This document shows, one piece after another, positions 18,528 to 27,840 of a DNA stretch of 32,000 nt. Made by a program: the position numbers and the translations under genes. The notes under the pieces are model-generated. The model did no database searches and had not been told where the DNA came from. It worked only from the letters and a program-made list of their open reading frames with translations. Within the stretch, counting starts at the first letter, position 1. Every line of letters starts with the position of its first letter. The DNA comes from Erysipelotrichaceae bacterium MTC7 (GTDB lineage Bacteria; Bacillota_I; Bacilli_A; Erysipelotrichales; Erysipelotrichaceae). The stretch spans positions 1-32,000 of the forward strand of contig LVZN01000001.1 in the NCBI GenBank assembly GCA_001695645.1. The letters run 5' to 3'.

Positions 18528-19373
18528 TTAAAGCATATCGATAAACTTATGTTTAAATTTATACATAAGGATACTACCAACCACATACAAACCAATGACA
18601 ACACACCAAAAGTATAACGTTTGTGCAGGGTGCATTGTTACCGGATCGTGATAAAATATTGATCCACGGTACCCCTCAATCACGTAATACAAGGGATTTA
18701 ACTTAATAACAGGTTCCAATGAACGAACAAGTGCGTTGGAGTTTGCAAGTACATCAGTAATCGGCCACAAAATCGGTGACAGATACATCAACATACGCAT
18801 ACATGCAGAGATTAGTTTCTTTACATCTCGCGTAAACATATTCAGCACACTTGTGACCATCCCTAAAGATATCGTCAAACAAACCGCACAGAACATATAG
18901 TAAAACACTTGTAACCAAAGCATATTTGGCATATGTCCACGCACAACCAACAAAGCTACCACAACCAACATCATAACTATGTGATTGAACAACTCCTTAA
19001 ACACCACCGTTGCAGGTAAAATACTGATCGGAAACTTCATTTTTGTAATGATGTTACGTTTTGCATAAATGGCATTACATCCTTTGGTAATACAAGGACT
19101 CACAAAAAACCATACCGTAATCCCAACAACCATCCAAGGCAGATAGCTAATCCCAACACCAGTCGGTGAAGTTGCTGGACTTCCTTTTCGCATGATTAAA
19201 CCGAAGGCAATCCAATACGTAAATATCTGAATGAGTGGATTAAAAACACTCCAAAGTACACCCAAACGCGATTCACGATAATCAGCTAGCGTTTCATATT
19301 TGGAAATCGATAGAATTCGATTAAAATTGGTAAGATTCTCTTTTAATACAAACCAAACACTTTTCATAGTCAT
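18528..19373 (-). CDS. tagG: Teichoic acid export ABC-2 type permease
   Basis: Six-TM ABC-2 membrane protein directly upstream of tagH. Confidence 0.87.
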   Translation of the reverse strand: MTMKSVWFVLKENLTNFNRILSISKYETLADYRESRLGVLWSVFNPLIQIFTYWIAFGLIMRKGSPATSPTGVGISYLPWMVVGITVWFFVSPCITKGCNAIYAKRNIITKMKFPISILPATVVFKELFNHIVMMLVVVALLVVRGHMPNMLWLQVFYYMFCAVCLTISLGMVTSVLNMFTRDVKKLISACMRMLMYLSPILWPITDVLANSNALVRSLEPVIKLNPLYYVIEGYRGSIFYHDPVTMHPAQTLYFWCVVIGLYVVGSILMYKFKHKFIDML

Positions 19374-19428
19374 ACCATCCTATATCCTACTCATTTTATA
19401 CTATTTATCATGCTTTTACAATATTTCA

Positions 19429-19473
19429 GCCATTTCTCTATAGACTGATTTCTGCCATTTCTCTATAGACTGA
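19429..19473. repeat. Perfect 20-bp direct repeat (GCCATTTCTCTATAGACTGA x2, period 25 bp) in the tagG upstream region
   Basis: The copies lie at 19429..19448 and 19454..19473. Each contains the 8-bp palindrome TCTATAGA. Confidence 0.9.
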
Positions 19474-19523
19474 CCATAATGATAGAAAAGTCCGCTTCCA
19501 TGAAACGAACCTTATTTACTCTT

Positions 19524-20843
19524 TTATTCTTTTAAATACTTATTTATTTTTCTTTGTAGCGACAGCAAACCTGTATCGATACTCTCATGCTGGTTGATGA
19601 TTTGCTTGATTTGGTAATCAGCCATCTCCATAGCACCTTGATATTTTCTAAACTTTGAACTGTTCATGGCATTTTCCATGACTTCGTTTAAAATTTTCAT
19701 ATCAATTTCATAATCATCCATCGCATTATCTTGAAGTAAAGCAAGTGCTTCATCAGACTGTGTCACTTCCTTTAACGGTGAAATTCCATGTGAATTTTCC
19801 AACAATTCATATTGCGTATCTTGATCATAGACATAGTCCTTTAGCAATTCCCAAGCTAACGCTTTGTGCTTGGAACGGTTGCTTATCGACATGAGCATCG
19901 TTGACATTTGGGTTTTACTATCACGATTTAAGACTGAAGGCATTCGAATGCAATCCCATTCAAACCCAGCATACTTTTTTACTCTCCATGGGTATGGATT
20001 ATACGCCCGGTATTCAGATAGCGGCATTGGTGTAAAGGCAACATGTCCATCATCAAAGTCAGCTGCCGAGACCGCATAACCTCCCGTTAATCCATCAAGT
20101 TTTTGAATGAATCGCAAAGCCTGATTTACACCTTCAGAACCAAAGTAACTTTCCGTTCCTTCACTGTTAAACAAACTTGCCCCATAACTATAGACCGCAT
20201 CAAACCAACTGTAGTTATACACACCATATTGATCGACGACGCCATTATCGTTTGTGCCTTTCGTGACTTGCGTACAAATGCGATAAAAATCTTCCAACGT
20301 CCAATCGCTCTTTGGAATGGAGATCCCTTCTTTTTCTAGTAACGTACGATTGACAAACATAAGCATCGGATTGCTTTCATATGGTAGGGCATATTGCGTT
20401 CCTTGATACGCGCCTGCAAGTAAGGCACTTTCATAATATGCATCTTTATGGAATTGCTCATCTTTTTGAATCATCACATCCATATCTTGTAAGACACCAA
20501 GCTCAGACAGCGTATTGAAATCATCACCCAAAATCATGAATACATCGGGTTCATCACCCTGCAAGACTTTTGCAGCTAACCAAGCGGAGTAATCATCTTT
20601 CAAAATTCCACTTTCATAAACGACTTTAACCCCAGGGTGTTTTTTTTCATATCGTTCAATCACATCATCGATCACTTTATAACTTGCACCGTTTGGCACA
20701 TCCCAGTTGCTTCCTGCAAAAACACCCAAACGGATGACTTTGGGTTGCAATTCTTGGTAAACCGAAAAGCCAATTGCACCGACCAACACCAAAATGAGAC
20801 TCACAATTAGAAAACGTTGTTTCTGTGATTTACTCATCCTCAA
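19524..20843 (-). CDS. Membrane-anchored extracellular solute-binding protein (family 1 sugar-type SBP)
   Basis: An N-terminal TM anchor (FLIVSLILVLVGAIGF) is followed by an SBP_bac_1-like domain. It overlaps the response regulator stop by 14 nt. Confidence 0.8.
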   Translation of the reverse strand: MRMSKSQKQRFLIVSLILVLVGAIGFSVYQELQPKVIRLGVFAGSNWDVPNGASYKVIDDVIERYEKKHPGVKVVYESGILKDDYSAWLAAKVLQGDEPDVFMILGDDFNTLSELGVLQDMDVMIQKDEQFHKDAYYESALLAGAYQGTQYALPYESNPMLMFVNRTLLEKEGISIPKSDWTLEDFYRICTQVTKGTNDNGVVDQYGVYNYSWFDAVYSYGASLFNSEGTESYFGSEGVNQALRFIQKLDGLTGGYAVSAADFDDGHVAFTPMPLSEYRAYNPYPWRVKKYAGFEWDCIRMPSVLNRDSKTQMSTMLMSISNRSKHKALAWELLKDYVYDQDTQYELLENSHGISPLKEVTQSDEALALLQDNAMDDYEIDMKILNEVMENAMNSSKFRKYQGAMEMADYQIKQIINQHESIDTGLLSLQRKINKYLKE

Positions 20844-21504
20844 ATTCCTTCATCGTTTGACCGGTTTGCACAGCCCAAATCGCAAGTTGTGTACGATCAC
20901 GCAAGTTTAGTTTCGATAATATGGAACTAAGATAGTTTCGCACTGTCCCTTCCGATAAATACAATTCTTGTGCAATTTCTTTATTTGATAAACCAAAACC
21001 GATTTGTTGAATCACTTTCCACTCTGTTTTGCTAATTTCGGCAACGGCATCTTCATCTACGTGAATCGTTAAGTTACTTTGTGTAATTTGCGAAAATAAG
21101 CGGAATACCTTTGTTGCGATATCCGGGTTAATCATTGCTCCACCACCAAGTACGGTGTGAATGGCTTGATAGAGTTCATCTGTTCCAACCCCTTTTAGTA
21201 GATACCCACTGGCTCCAAATTTCAGAGCACTAAAAACAAATTCATCATCATCAAACGTCGTCAGAATGATAATTTTGATTTCTGGATATTGTTCTTTCAC
21301 GACTTTCGTACAATATACACCATCCATTTCCGGCATACGAATATCCATTAAAATCACATCAGGTTTATTTTTCTTAATCGCTTCAAGCGCTTCAAAACCA
21401 TTACCGACCGTTGAAATGACATTAATATCCTCATAGGTATCCAAAACGATCTTCAAAGATTGGGTGATCAATTCTTGATCGTCTGCAATCATAACTTTAA
21501 TCAT
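20830..21504 (-). CDS. NarL/LuxR-family response regulator
   Basis: Receiver domain (MIADDQELI...DVILMDIRMPEMDG) plus a LuxR-type HTH (LSNKEIAQELYLSEGTVRNYLSSILSKLNLRDRTQLAIWA). Confidence 0.92.
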   Translation of the reverse strand: MIKVMIADDQELITQSLKIVLDTYEDINVISTVGNGFEALEAIKKNKPDVILMDIRMPEMDGVYCTKVVKEQYPEIKIIILTTFDDDEFVFSALKFGASGYLLKGVGTDELYQAIHTVLGGGAMINPDIATKVFRLFSQITQSNLTIHVDEDAVAEISKTEWKVIQQIGFGLSNKEIAQELYLSEGTVRNYLSSILSKLNLRDRTQLAIWAVQTGQTMKEFEDE

Positions 21505-22816
21505 TGTATTCTCCTTTTTTCATTGGGATTTTCACATGCGTGGTAAATCCGTTTGTTCCATCAAAGGTAACATCACCATTGATGATACCAATACGTTCTT
21601 GCATTTGTTTCAAACCAAAACCAGGTACAATGGTTTCACAACCTTCCCCATTATCTTCAATGGTTAAGCACAATACCTGTTCTTTTTCATAAACGTGAAT
21701 TGTAAGTAGCGTTGCATTACCATGTCGCATGGAGTTGGTAAGACTTTCTTGAATCACACGAAACAACACATCTTCTTTTATTTTTTCAAAATCGACATCA
21801 TCAAGTTCATACAACAAATCAACTTTAAGCTCCGATACTCCTGTAAACTCTTCAATCATTTCCACAATTGCTTCTTTGAATGTATGTTTTTCCAGTGCTC
21901 CTGGTCGCAGTTTATTTAGCGAACCACGAACATCACCGATACCTTGTCGAACAACTTTAGAAATCGCAAACAATTGTTTCTTTGTTTCTTTTGGATGCAA
22001 ATCAATCATTGCAATACAAGCATCAATTCCTGCGGCAATTCCTGTCAATGCATGTCCCAGTGTATCATGAATTTCACGTGCAATTCGTTTTCGTTCCTTG
22101 TCTTCTCCAATTTTTTCAGTTATCTCTGCATAGTTTTGCAGTTCTCGATTCACACGGTTGATCATCGACAACTCTTTTGTAATATTCTCATTTTCTTGAA
22201 TTTGATTGGCAATGTAGACGATCATAAACAAAATAAACAAGATCAGATTTAAAGACTCCAATAAATTGATTAATGCATATAAGGTATTTCGCGTTGTTGC
22301 TTCATATACAGAGATGTAGCTGTCAATGGATGTCATTGGAATTTGAATGGATACCACATGATAATTTGATAGCAAGAACACTACAATGAGCACAGCTAGA
22401 AACACATAGGTTTTCTTTGTTTTCATATAAGAAATAATATCTGCAAAAACCAGCAATAAGATTCCGTTGTATCCCATATACAACATAAAAATGATGATAA
22501 AACAGATAAGAATTTCAAGTAAGTTAATGGTAATGTCCACACGTTGGTCTTCCACACGATTGGTTTGTCTAAGATAAATTATTGCACTTAATACTGCATA
22601 CAAAAGCAAAGGAATAAAATACGAATACATCGGTTGCATCGGTAAGTGTTCTAGTTTTTCAAGAAAGTCGCGTGCAACCTCATTTGCGATGACATACCGC
22701 GTAGTCAGTAAAATGATACTTGAGAAAAACAAGATGATAATAAAATTCACAAATATCATTAAATTTCGAATGAACAGCGCAGAATCTACATGGAATCGTC
22801 TAAACATTACTGCCAC
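21497..22816 (-). CDS. Multi-pass membrane sensor histidine kinase (HisKA_3 type)
   Basis: H-box (ARE IHDTLGHALTG) and ATPase motifs (IEDNGEG, PGFGLKQMQERI). The N-terminal half is polytopic. Confidence 0.9.
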   Translation of the reverse strand: MAVMFRRFHVDSALFIRNLMIFVNFIIILFFSSIILLTTRYVIANEVARDFLEKLEHLPMQPMYSYFIPLLLYAVLSAIIYLRQTNRVEDQRVDITINLLEILICFIIIFMLYMGYNGILLLVFADIISYMKTKKTYVFLAVLIVVFLLSNYHVVSIQIPMTSIDSYISVYEATTRNTLYALINLLESLNLILFILFMIVYIANQIQENENITKELSMINRVNRELQNYAEITEKIGEDKERKRIAREIHDTLGHALTGIAAGIDACIAMIDLHPKETKKQLFAISKVVRQGIGDVRGSLNKLRPGALEKHTFKEAIVEMIEEFTGVSELKVDLLYELDDVDFEKIKEDVLFRVIQESLTNSMRHGNATLLTIHVYEKEQVLCLTIEDNGEGCETIVPGFGLKQMQERIGIINGDVTFDGTNGFTTHVKIPMKKGEYND

Positions 22817-23784
22817 CCCTCTAGGGAGAAGTCATCAATGTTATCCTTCGTAATTAAAGTAATTGGAACGGTGATCTTTTTAGGTATCGTTCGCCCTTCT
22901 AACATTTCATATGCTTGTTCAATGGCAATTTTTCCATACGAAATCGGTGACTGTGCAACACTTCCCTCAATCACATCACCATTTTTCAACATATATTTAA
23001 CTTCTGGGGAACCATCGACACCATAAATAATCACATCATCAGCCATTTCTTTGACTTGTAAAGCAGCATAGGCCCCTAGTGCACTGGGATCGTTGAGTGC
23101 CATAATTACGTCCACATTTCCAGTTTCATCCAACATCCGTTCCGTTTCTGGCCAAGCACGCTCCAATTGTCCTTCACATTCTGCACGATTCACAATCCGA
23201 TAGTTATCATTTCCAGAGATCGTATCCGTAAATCCTTGAATTCGCTCTTTGGCAGATTTAGCTGCGCTATGCTCCAATAGCATAATATTCGCAGATTCCT
23301 TTTTCTTCATCATATCTGTTGCACACTTTACTCCTGCTTCATAGTTATCTGACGTAATGGTGCAATCGATAATTTTCTCATCATCGATTGGCACATCAAT
23401 GACGATAATCCCAATCCCTTTCTCCTTTGCTTGTTTTACGGCTGGTTTGATTTTATCCCATTCAATTGGATTCACAAAAATCACGTCAACATTTTGGTCA
23501 ATGAGACTATAAATTTGTTCATTTTGATTGGATACATCAAGGGCAGGATCTAACGTAATCAAGATATCTCCATTTGCTTCTACTTCTTTTTTTATTTCAT
23601 CATTAATGACATCAAAAAAAGGATTGTTCATCGTCATATATGTCGAACCGAACACCTTTTTTCCACTTTCATTTAAAAAATATGCATGATTATAATGCAC
23701 AAATATATAGCAAACAACCATAAACAAAATCAAACCTATGACTCTGCTAATGGCTATGTAATCGATTTTATTTCGTGGTTTCAT
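22807..23784 (-). CDS. Membrane-anchored periplasmic-binding-protein type I (ribose/LacI-like) sugar-binding protein
   Basis: A TM anchor is followed by a Peripla_BP-like fold (DVIFVNPIEWD, GIIVIDVPID, DVIMALNDPSALGA, YGVDGSPE). It overlaps the kinase start by 10 nt. Confidence 0.8.
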   Translation of the reverse strand: MKPRNKIDYIAISRVIGLILFMVVCYIFVHYNHAYFLNESGKKVFGSTYMTMNNPFFDVINDEIKKEVEANGDILITLDPALDVSNQNEQIYSLIDQNVDVIFVNPIEWDKIKPAVKQAKEKGIGIIVIDVPIDDEKIIDCTITSDNYEAGVKCATDMMKKKESANIMLLEHSAAKSAKERIQGFTDTISGNDNYRIVNRAECEGQLERAWPETERMLDETGNVDVIMALNDPSALGAYAALQVKEMADDVIIYGVDGSPEVKYMLKNGDVIEGSVAQSPISYGKIAIEQAYEMLEGRTIPKKITVPITLITKDNIDDFSLEGWQ

Positions 23785-23902
23785 CCTTGCCTCTTTCCGC
23801 GAATTATAGAATCCTACTCACCCATCTACACACAACACTATTTATCATATTATATAGTATTTAGAAAGCGCATTTCAACTTATTAGAGTTTTCTTTCATT
23901 TT

Positions 23903-23930
23903 AAAAAAACAGGATGGCTCCTGTTTTAAC
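23903..23930 (-). terminator. Rho-independent terminator downstream of the oxidoreductase gene (bidirectional shape)
   Basis: aaaaaaACAGGAtggcTCCTGTtttt. The minus strand gives the hairpin followed by a T7 run. Confidence 0.6.
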
Positions 23931-23934
23931 ATTT

Positions 23935-24906
23935 TTATTCAAATGGATACACCATACCCCACTCTTTTCGAATTTTGGTTAGCAAGTCCATGACATCGCG
24001 AACATACATTAAGTTTTGATCCCCATTTTTGTTTTGAATGTACGCTTGCATATCCATGACTTCATAATCTAGAGCGCGTGCACTTTCACCAACTTCAATT
24101 TCTTCAACCCGACCATCTTCAGTAAACGTAATCGTTGCACGGTCTGCACGAGGATAATTCGTCACTTCAATATAACCAAGTTCACCAGCAATCACTCCAC
24201 GTTTTGGTTGTTTTGCACGCATTGTTAGTGCCATAACTGCCATTTCACCATCTGGATTACGCAAGATAATTCCCGATGTTTCATCTACACCCGTTTCAAA
24301 GTAGTTCGCTGTTGTTAGTATTGTATCAGGTTGACTACTCATAAAATAGCGAGCAAAACTTGTCGCATAAACGCCTATATCAAGCAGTGCTCCTCCTGCA
24401 AGTTCCTTTGAGAAGAAACGGTTGTTTACATCATATGTTTTGCAACTTCCAAAATTCACTTGAATCATTTTCACGTTTCCAATCACGCCTTGTTCTACGA
24501 TTTCTTTTAGCTTTTTGAACAACGGCATATGCAACAGTGTTGTGCCATCACAAATCACCAAATCTTTTTCTTTGGCAAGGCGCACTGCCATTTCCAATTG
24601 TTCCGCATTTACTGTAATCGCCTTCTCACAAAATACATGTTTTCCCGCTTCAAGCGCTTGCATGATGTATGCAGCATGTGAATTGTGTGGTGTAGCAATG
24701 TAAACGACATCAACGTTGTGATCAGCTAGCATATCTTCAAAAGTAGCATAGCTGTTTTTTACATGATACGTCTTTGCAAAACCTTCAACTTTTGCTGTTG
24801 TACGACTGGTTACACCGTACACTTCTTCATTTACTCGAAGCAAAGCTTGCGCCATTTCTTCTGCAATTCCTCCAGTACCTAAAATTCCCCAATTTAATTT
24901 ACTCAT
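23935..24906 (-). CDS. Gfo/Idh/MocA-family NAD(P)-dependent oxidoreductase
   Basis: N-terminal Rossmann motif (LNWGILGTGGIAEEM) and EKA motif (VFCEKAITVN). Confidence 0.88.
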   Translation of the reverse strand: MSKLNWGILGTGGIAEEMAQALLRVNEEVYGVTSRTTAKVEGFAKTYHVKNSYATFEDMLADHNVDVVYIATPHNSHAAYIMQALEAGKHVFCEKAITVNAEQLEMAVRLAKEKDLVICDGTTLLHMPLFKKLKEIVEQGVIGNVKMIQVNFGSCKTYDVNNRFFSKELAGGALLDIGVYATSFARYFMSSQPDTILTTANYFETGVDETSGIILRNPDGEMAVMALTMRAKQPKRGVIAGELGYIEVTNYPRADRATITFTEDGRVEEIEVGESARALDYEVMDMQAYIQNKNGDQNLMYVRDVMDLLTKIRKEWGMVYPFE

Positions 24907-24944
24907 GACTCCTCCTTACAATAACTCTCATACATATCTTAATA

Positions 24945-24972
24945 TAAAAAATGGTATGGGCTTGCCCATACC
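24945..24972 (-). terminator. Rho-independent terminator downstream of the VanZ-like gene
   Basis: Perfect inverted repeat GGTATGGGC-tt-GCCCATACC. On the minus strand it is followed by ATTTTTTAT. Confidence 0.6.
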
Positions 24973-25079
24973 TCTAAAAGTGAGAAAAAAACGAAAATTA
25001 CATGTTAATAATATCTTTTATTGGTGCATGTGCATAGTGCAAAATGTCATATATTTTTATGATGTTTGTCACATCTTGT

Positions 25080-25682
25080 TCATTCACTAGATGTCGATAA
25101 TCGGTGTTCAAGCCATTGATATGCATGCAATACCATCAGTCCACAAAGTATACCAATCACGTATAAACTAATATCACTTAAATCAAAAGCACCTCGGTGT
25201 AGTACAAGTTGTAACACTTCCATTAAGATTCCAAAACCAACACTTAAGCTAAATAAACAAAATTTGCTTTTCACAAAAACATGCAATACCAATGGTGCTG
25301 GTATAAACAACAAAACATTCAGCACCACCAATTGCATCAAATACATGTGTCCAGATTGCATATCTTGAATAAACGAAAATGGGTTCAATCCACTCAATTG
25401 GAACGATGCTGAATATACAGGGGTACGCCCTAGTAAAAGCAACATTACAATTATAAAATAGCCCATACACACCATTCGCTTTTCTTTTTCACTCCATCCC
25501 ACACATAGATACGTTAGAAAACCATAAATAAATGCCACAATACCAAAAGCAATCAATCCGTATTGCAAATAATTTGGATTGTTGAATTGCATCAGTTCTT
25601 GAATCACTGGATACCACACGACTAGCCCTACCACGATTGCAATACAAAAAATATGCGTTTTATTGTTTAAGTAATTTCTCAT
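25080..25682 (-). CDS. VanZ-like family membrane protein
   Basis: Polytopic membrane protein with VanZ-like segments (LNPFSF..., NVLLFIPAPL, AFDLSDISLYVIGILCG). Confidence 0.65.
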   Translation of the reverse strand: MRNYLNNKTHIFCIAIVVGLVVWYPVIQELMQFNNPNYLQYGLIAFGIVAFIYGFLTYLCVGWSEKEKRMVCMGYFIIVMLLLLGRTPVYSASFQLSGLNPFSFIQDMQSGHMYLMQLVVLNVLLFIPAPLVLHVFVKSKFCLFSLSVGFGILMEVLQLVLHRGAFDLSDISLYVIGILCGLMVLHAYQWLEHRLSTSSE

Positions 25683-25763
25683 TTCAAATCCTCGATAAAA
25701 CTATACTACCATAAATCATACTTTTCTTTGTGACGTTTTATTGATGATTCGATGTTATTTTGT

Positions 25764-25790
25764 AAAAAAAGAAGGTGTAAACACCTTCTT
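25764..25790 (-). terminator. Rho-independent terminator of the arsR-permease-thioredoxin-like operon
   Basis: AGAAGGTG-taaa-CACCTTCT. On the minus strand it is followed by a T7 run. Confidence 0.65.
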
Positions 25791-25798
25791 AGTCTCAA

Positions 25799-26095
25799 TT
25801 ATTTTGTTAACAATTCTTTGATTTGACTTACACTCAAAACCTTTCCAAATGCAAGTACTTTATCTTTATAGACAATCGCTGGTGTTGACATGACACCATA
25901 TGCTGCAATGCGTGCCATATCGGTGACTTTTTCGATATCTTCAGATAGACCAAGCTCTGCAAGTGCTTGTTTTGCGTTGGCTGATAATTCATTACACTTT
26001 GCACAACCGGAACCTAAGATCTTTACATCTGCACCAACAACACTTTCAATGTTACTTGTTTGTTCTTGAACTTTTTGTTTTCCAAATATTCTCAT
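25799..26095 (-). CDS. Thioredoxin-fold protein (redox-active disulfide protein 2 / glutaredoxin-like family)
   Basis: CxxC motif (GSGCAKCNEL) and small size. It is the usual partner of the adjacent permease family. Confidence 0.8.
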   Translation of the reverse strand: MRIFGKQKVQEQTSNIESVVGADVKILGSGCAKCNELSANAKQALAELGLSEDIEKVTDMARIAAYGVMSTPAIVYKDKVLAFGKVLSVSQIKELLTK

Positions 26096-26112
26096 TTTCT
26101 TTTCTCCTTCAT

Positions 26113-27117
26113 TTAAAATAGATATTGAAATGCGTTAAAGCCATAACCTATAATCATAATTCCGACACCGACGATGGCAATAAACGTAAATAATAGTTTC
26201 GGTTTCACTGCACGTCGCAACATGATGAGTGACGGTAATGATAGTGCGGTTACCGCCATCATAAATGACAGAACAGTCCCTAGTCCCACACCTTTGGCAT
26301 ACAATGCTTCGGCAATCGGAATTGTTCCAAAGATATCTGCATACATCGGTATTCCTACAATGGTTGCAAGGATTACTGAAAATGGGTTATTTTCACCAAG
26401 TACATTTTGAATAAATGACTCGGGTAACACATTATGAATCACAGCCCCGATTCCTACACCAACTAGGACATACGGAAAGACTTTTTTAAATGTCGTAACA
26501 ACTTGTTCTTTTGCAAAAGCAATGCGTTCTTTACGACTCACACTTTCATCGTCAATAGTTACATTTGGTGCATCTTTTATAAAACTTTCGACGTATTGTT
26601 CCATTCCAAGCTTTTCAATTAACATACCACCAAACACCGCTAATACCAAACCGACGACAACGTAGACAATGGCAATTTTCCAATCAAAAATCGACATTAA
26701 CAATACCAACGATCCCAAATCAACCATGGGGGATGAAATCAAGAACGAAAACGTAACTCCTACTGGCAAGCCAGCACTTGTAAACCCCATAAAAATAGGA
26801 ATGGAAGAACAACTACAAAATGGTGTAATCGTTCCTAGTAAAGCACTGATGATATTTGCCCAAATACCTTTGAATCGACCCAAAATCTTTTTTGAACGTT
26901 CTGGTGGAAAATAACTTTGTATATATGAAATAATGAAAATTAATACCGATAACAAAACAAGAATTTTGATTGTGTCATAAATAAAGAAGTGAATGCTTCC
27001 ACCCAATTGACTTTTTGTATCAAGACCTAATTGAGAAAGTAATAGACCAATCAAATCGTTTAGCCATTTCATTCCCAATAGTTGACTTTGAATAAAATCC
27101 CACATAAAACCTCCCAT
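26113..27117 (-). CDS. Predicted permease of the ArsP/DUF318-like family. The start could be the second ATG at 27105.
   Basis: Polytopic membrane protein with the cysteine motif TPFCSCSSIPIF. It sits in an operon with an ArsR regulator and a thioredoxin-like protein. Confidence 0.75.
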   Translation of the reverse strand: MGGFMWDFIQSQLLGMKWLNDLIGLLLSQLGLDTKSQLGGSIHFFIYDTIKILVLLSVLIFIISYIQSYFPPERSKKILGRFKGIWANIISALLGTITPFCSCSSIPIFMGFTSAGLPVGVTFSFLISSPMVDLGSLVLLMSIFDWKIAIVYVVVGLVLAVFGGMLIEKLGMEQYVESFIKDAPNVTIDDESVSRKERIAFAKEQVVTTFKKVFPYVLVGVGIGAVIHNVLPESFIQNVLGENNPFSVILATIVGIPMYADIFGTIPIAEALYAKGVGLGTVLSFMMAVTALSLPSLIMLRRAVKPKLLFTFIAIVGVGIMIIGYGFNAFQYLF

Positions 27118-27193
27118 ACATCGACCGATGTCGATATACCAATTATAACTTCATATCGATAATTGTCAATATGTAATATAAAAAAAAGAAGTT

Positions 27194-27481
27194 TTACTTC
27201 CTACAACATGTTCCGTCGAACAAAGCAAAAACTTCATCTCTTATAGTTGAACAAACTTCTTGGCTAATCGAATAGTTGGTCCATTTTCCACTTTTTGTCG
27301 ATTGGACCAAACCTGACTCAACCAAGATTTTCATATGATGCGAGAGTGTTGATTGCACAATATTTAAATCCTCCAACAGATCGCACGCGCATCGTTCTCC
27401 CTCAGTTTTGAGAATTTTGAATATTTTAATACGATTTTCATCACTTAATGCTTTCAATACAGTAATTAATTGTTTATCCAT
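27194..27481 (-). CDS. ArsR/SmtB-family metalloregulatory transcriptional repressor
   Basis: LKALSDENRIKIFKIL...ERCACDLLEDLNIVQSTLSHHMKILVESGLV. The CxC lies in the alpha-3 position and the motif is a winged HTH. The start was moved to MDKQ (AGAGGTG RBS). The ORF-track N-terminal extension runs across the promoter. Confidence 0.85.
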   Translation of the reverse strand: MDKQLITVLKALSDENRIKIFKILKTEGERCACDLLEDLNIVQSTLSHHMKILVESGLVQSTKSGKWTNYSISQEVCSTIRDEVFALFDGTCCRK

Positions 27482-27500
27482 TTGTACACCTCTTGGCTTA

Positions 27501-27529
27501 AATATACCGAAATGAAAATATAAAGTCAA
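27501..27529 (-). promoter_or_regulatory. Candidate sigma-A promoter of the arsR operon
   Basis: The minus strand reads TTGACT, a 17-nt spacer, then TATATT, ending about 20 nt before the arsR start. Confidence 0.5.
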
Positions 27530-27790
27530 CGTAACCCCATTCCACTATACGATTATTCAATAAGACATCTCACTGGAATCAATGACGATGTCTACATGTA
27601 CATTTAATCTCTTTTAAAATTACAAAAAGTACTCAATGCATACATTTCACATCCGCACATACATACGAATACGTTATCTGTATCCCTTATTTTACATTTC
27701 TAACAAAACAGAAAAATTATCCACAATGGTTATACTGCTACAGCACCGTATGTCACTTTTGATGACCAGATTTTAACTTGTTGTTTGCAT

Positions 27791-27830
27791 AAGAAAATCG
27801 GTTCTTCCTTTATTTAAGGAACGAACCGAT
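27791..27830 (-). terminator. Rho-independent terminator of ssrA
   Basis: The minus strand reads ATCGGTTCGTTCCTT-aaataa-AAGGAAGAACCGAT followed by TTTTCTT, about 10 nt after the tmRNA 3' CCA. Confidence 0.7.
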
Positions 27831-27840
27831 ACTTTGAATA

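Noticed and set aside
27482-27529. N-terminal 16-codon extension of the ArsR ORF (MTLYFHFGIFKPRGVQ)
   Set aside because: The extension overlaps the best promoter candidate (TTGACT, 17 nt, TATATT). The internal ATG at 27481 has a good AGAGGTG RBS and gives a normal-length ArsR protein.
27530-27840. Genomic island integrated at the 3' end of ssrA
   Set aside because: No integrase gene follows. I found no second copy of the tmRNA 3' terminal sequence (GAGTCGAACTCCTGTCC) elsewhere in the window. The partial match TCGAACTGTCC at about 8250 is too short and sits inside the iteron-like repeats.
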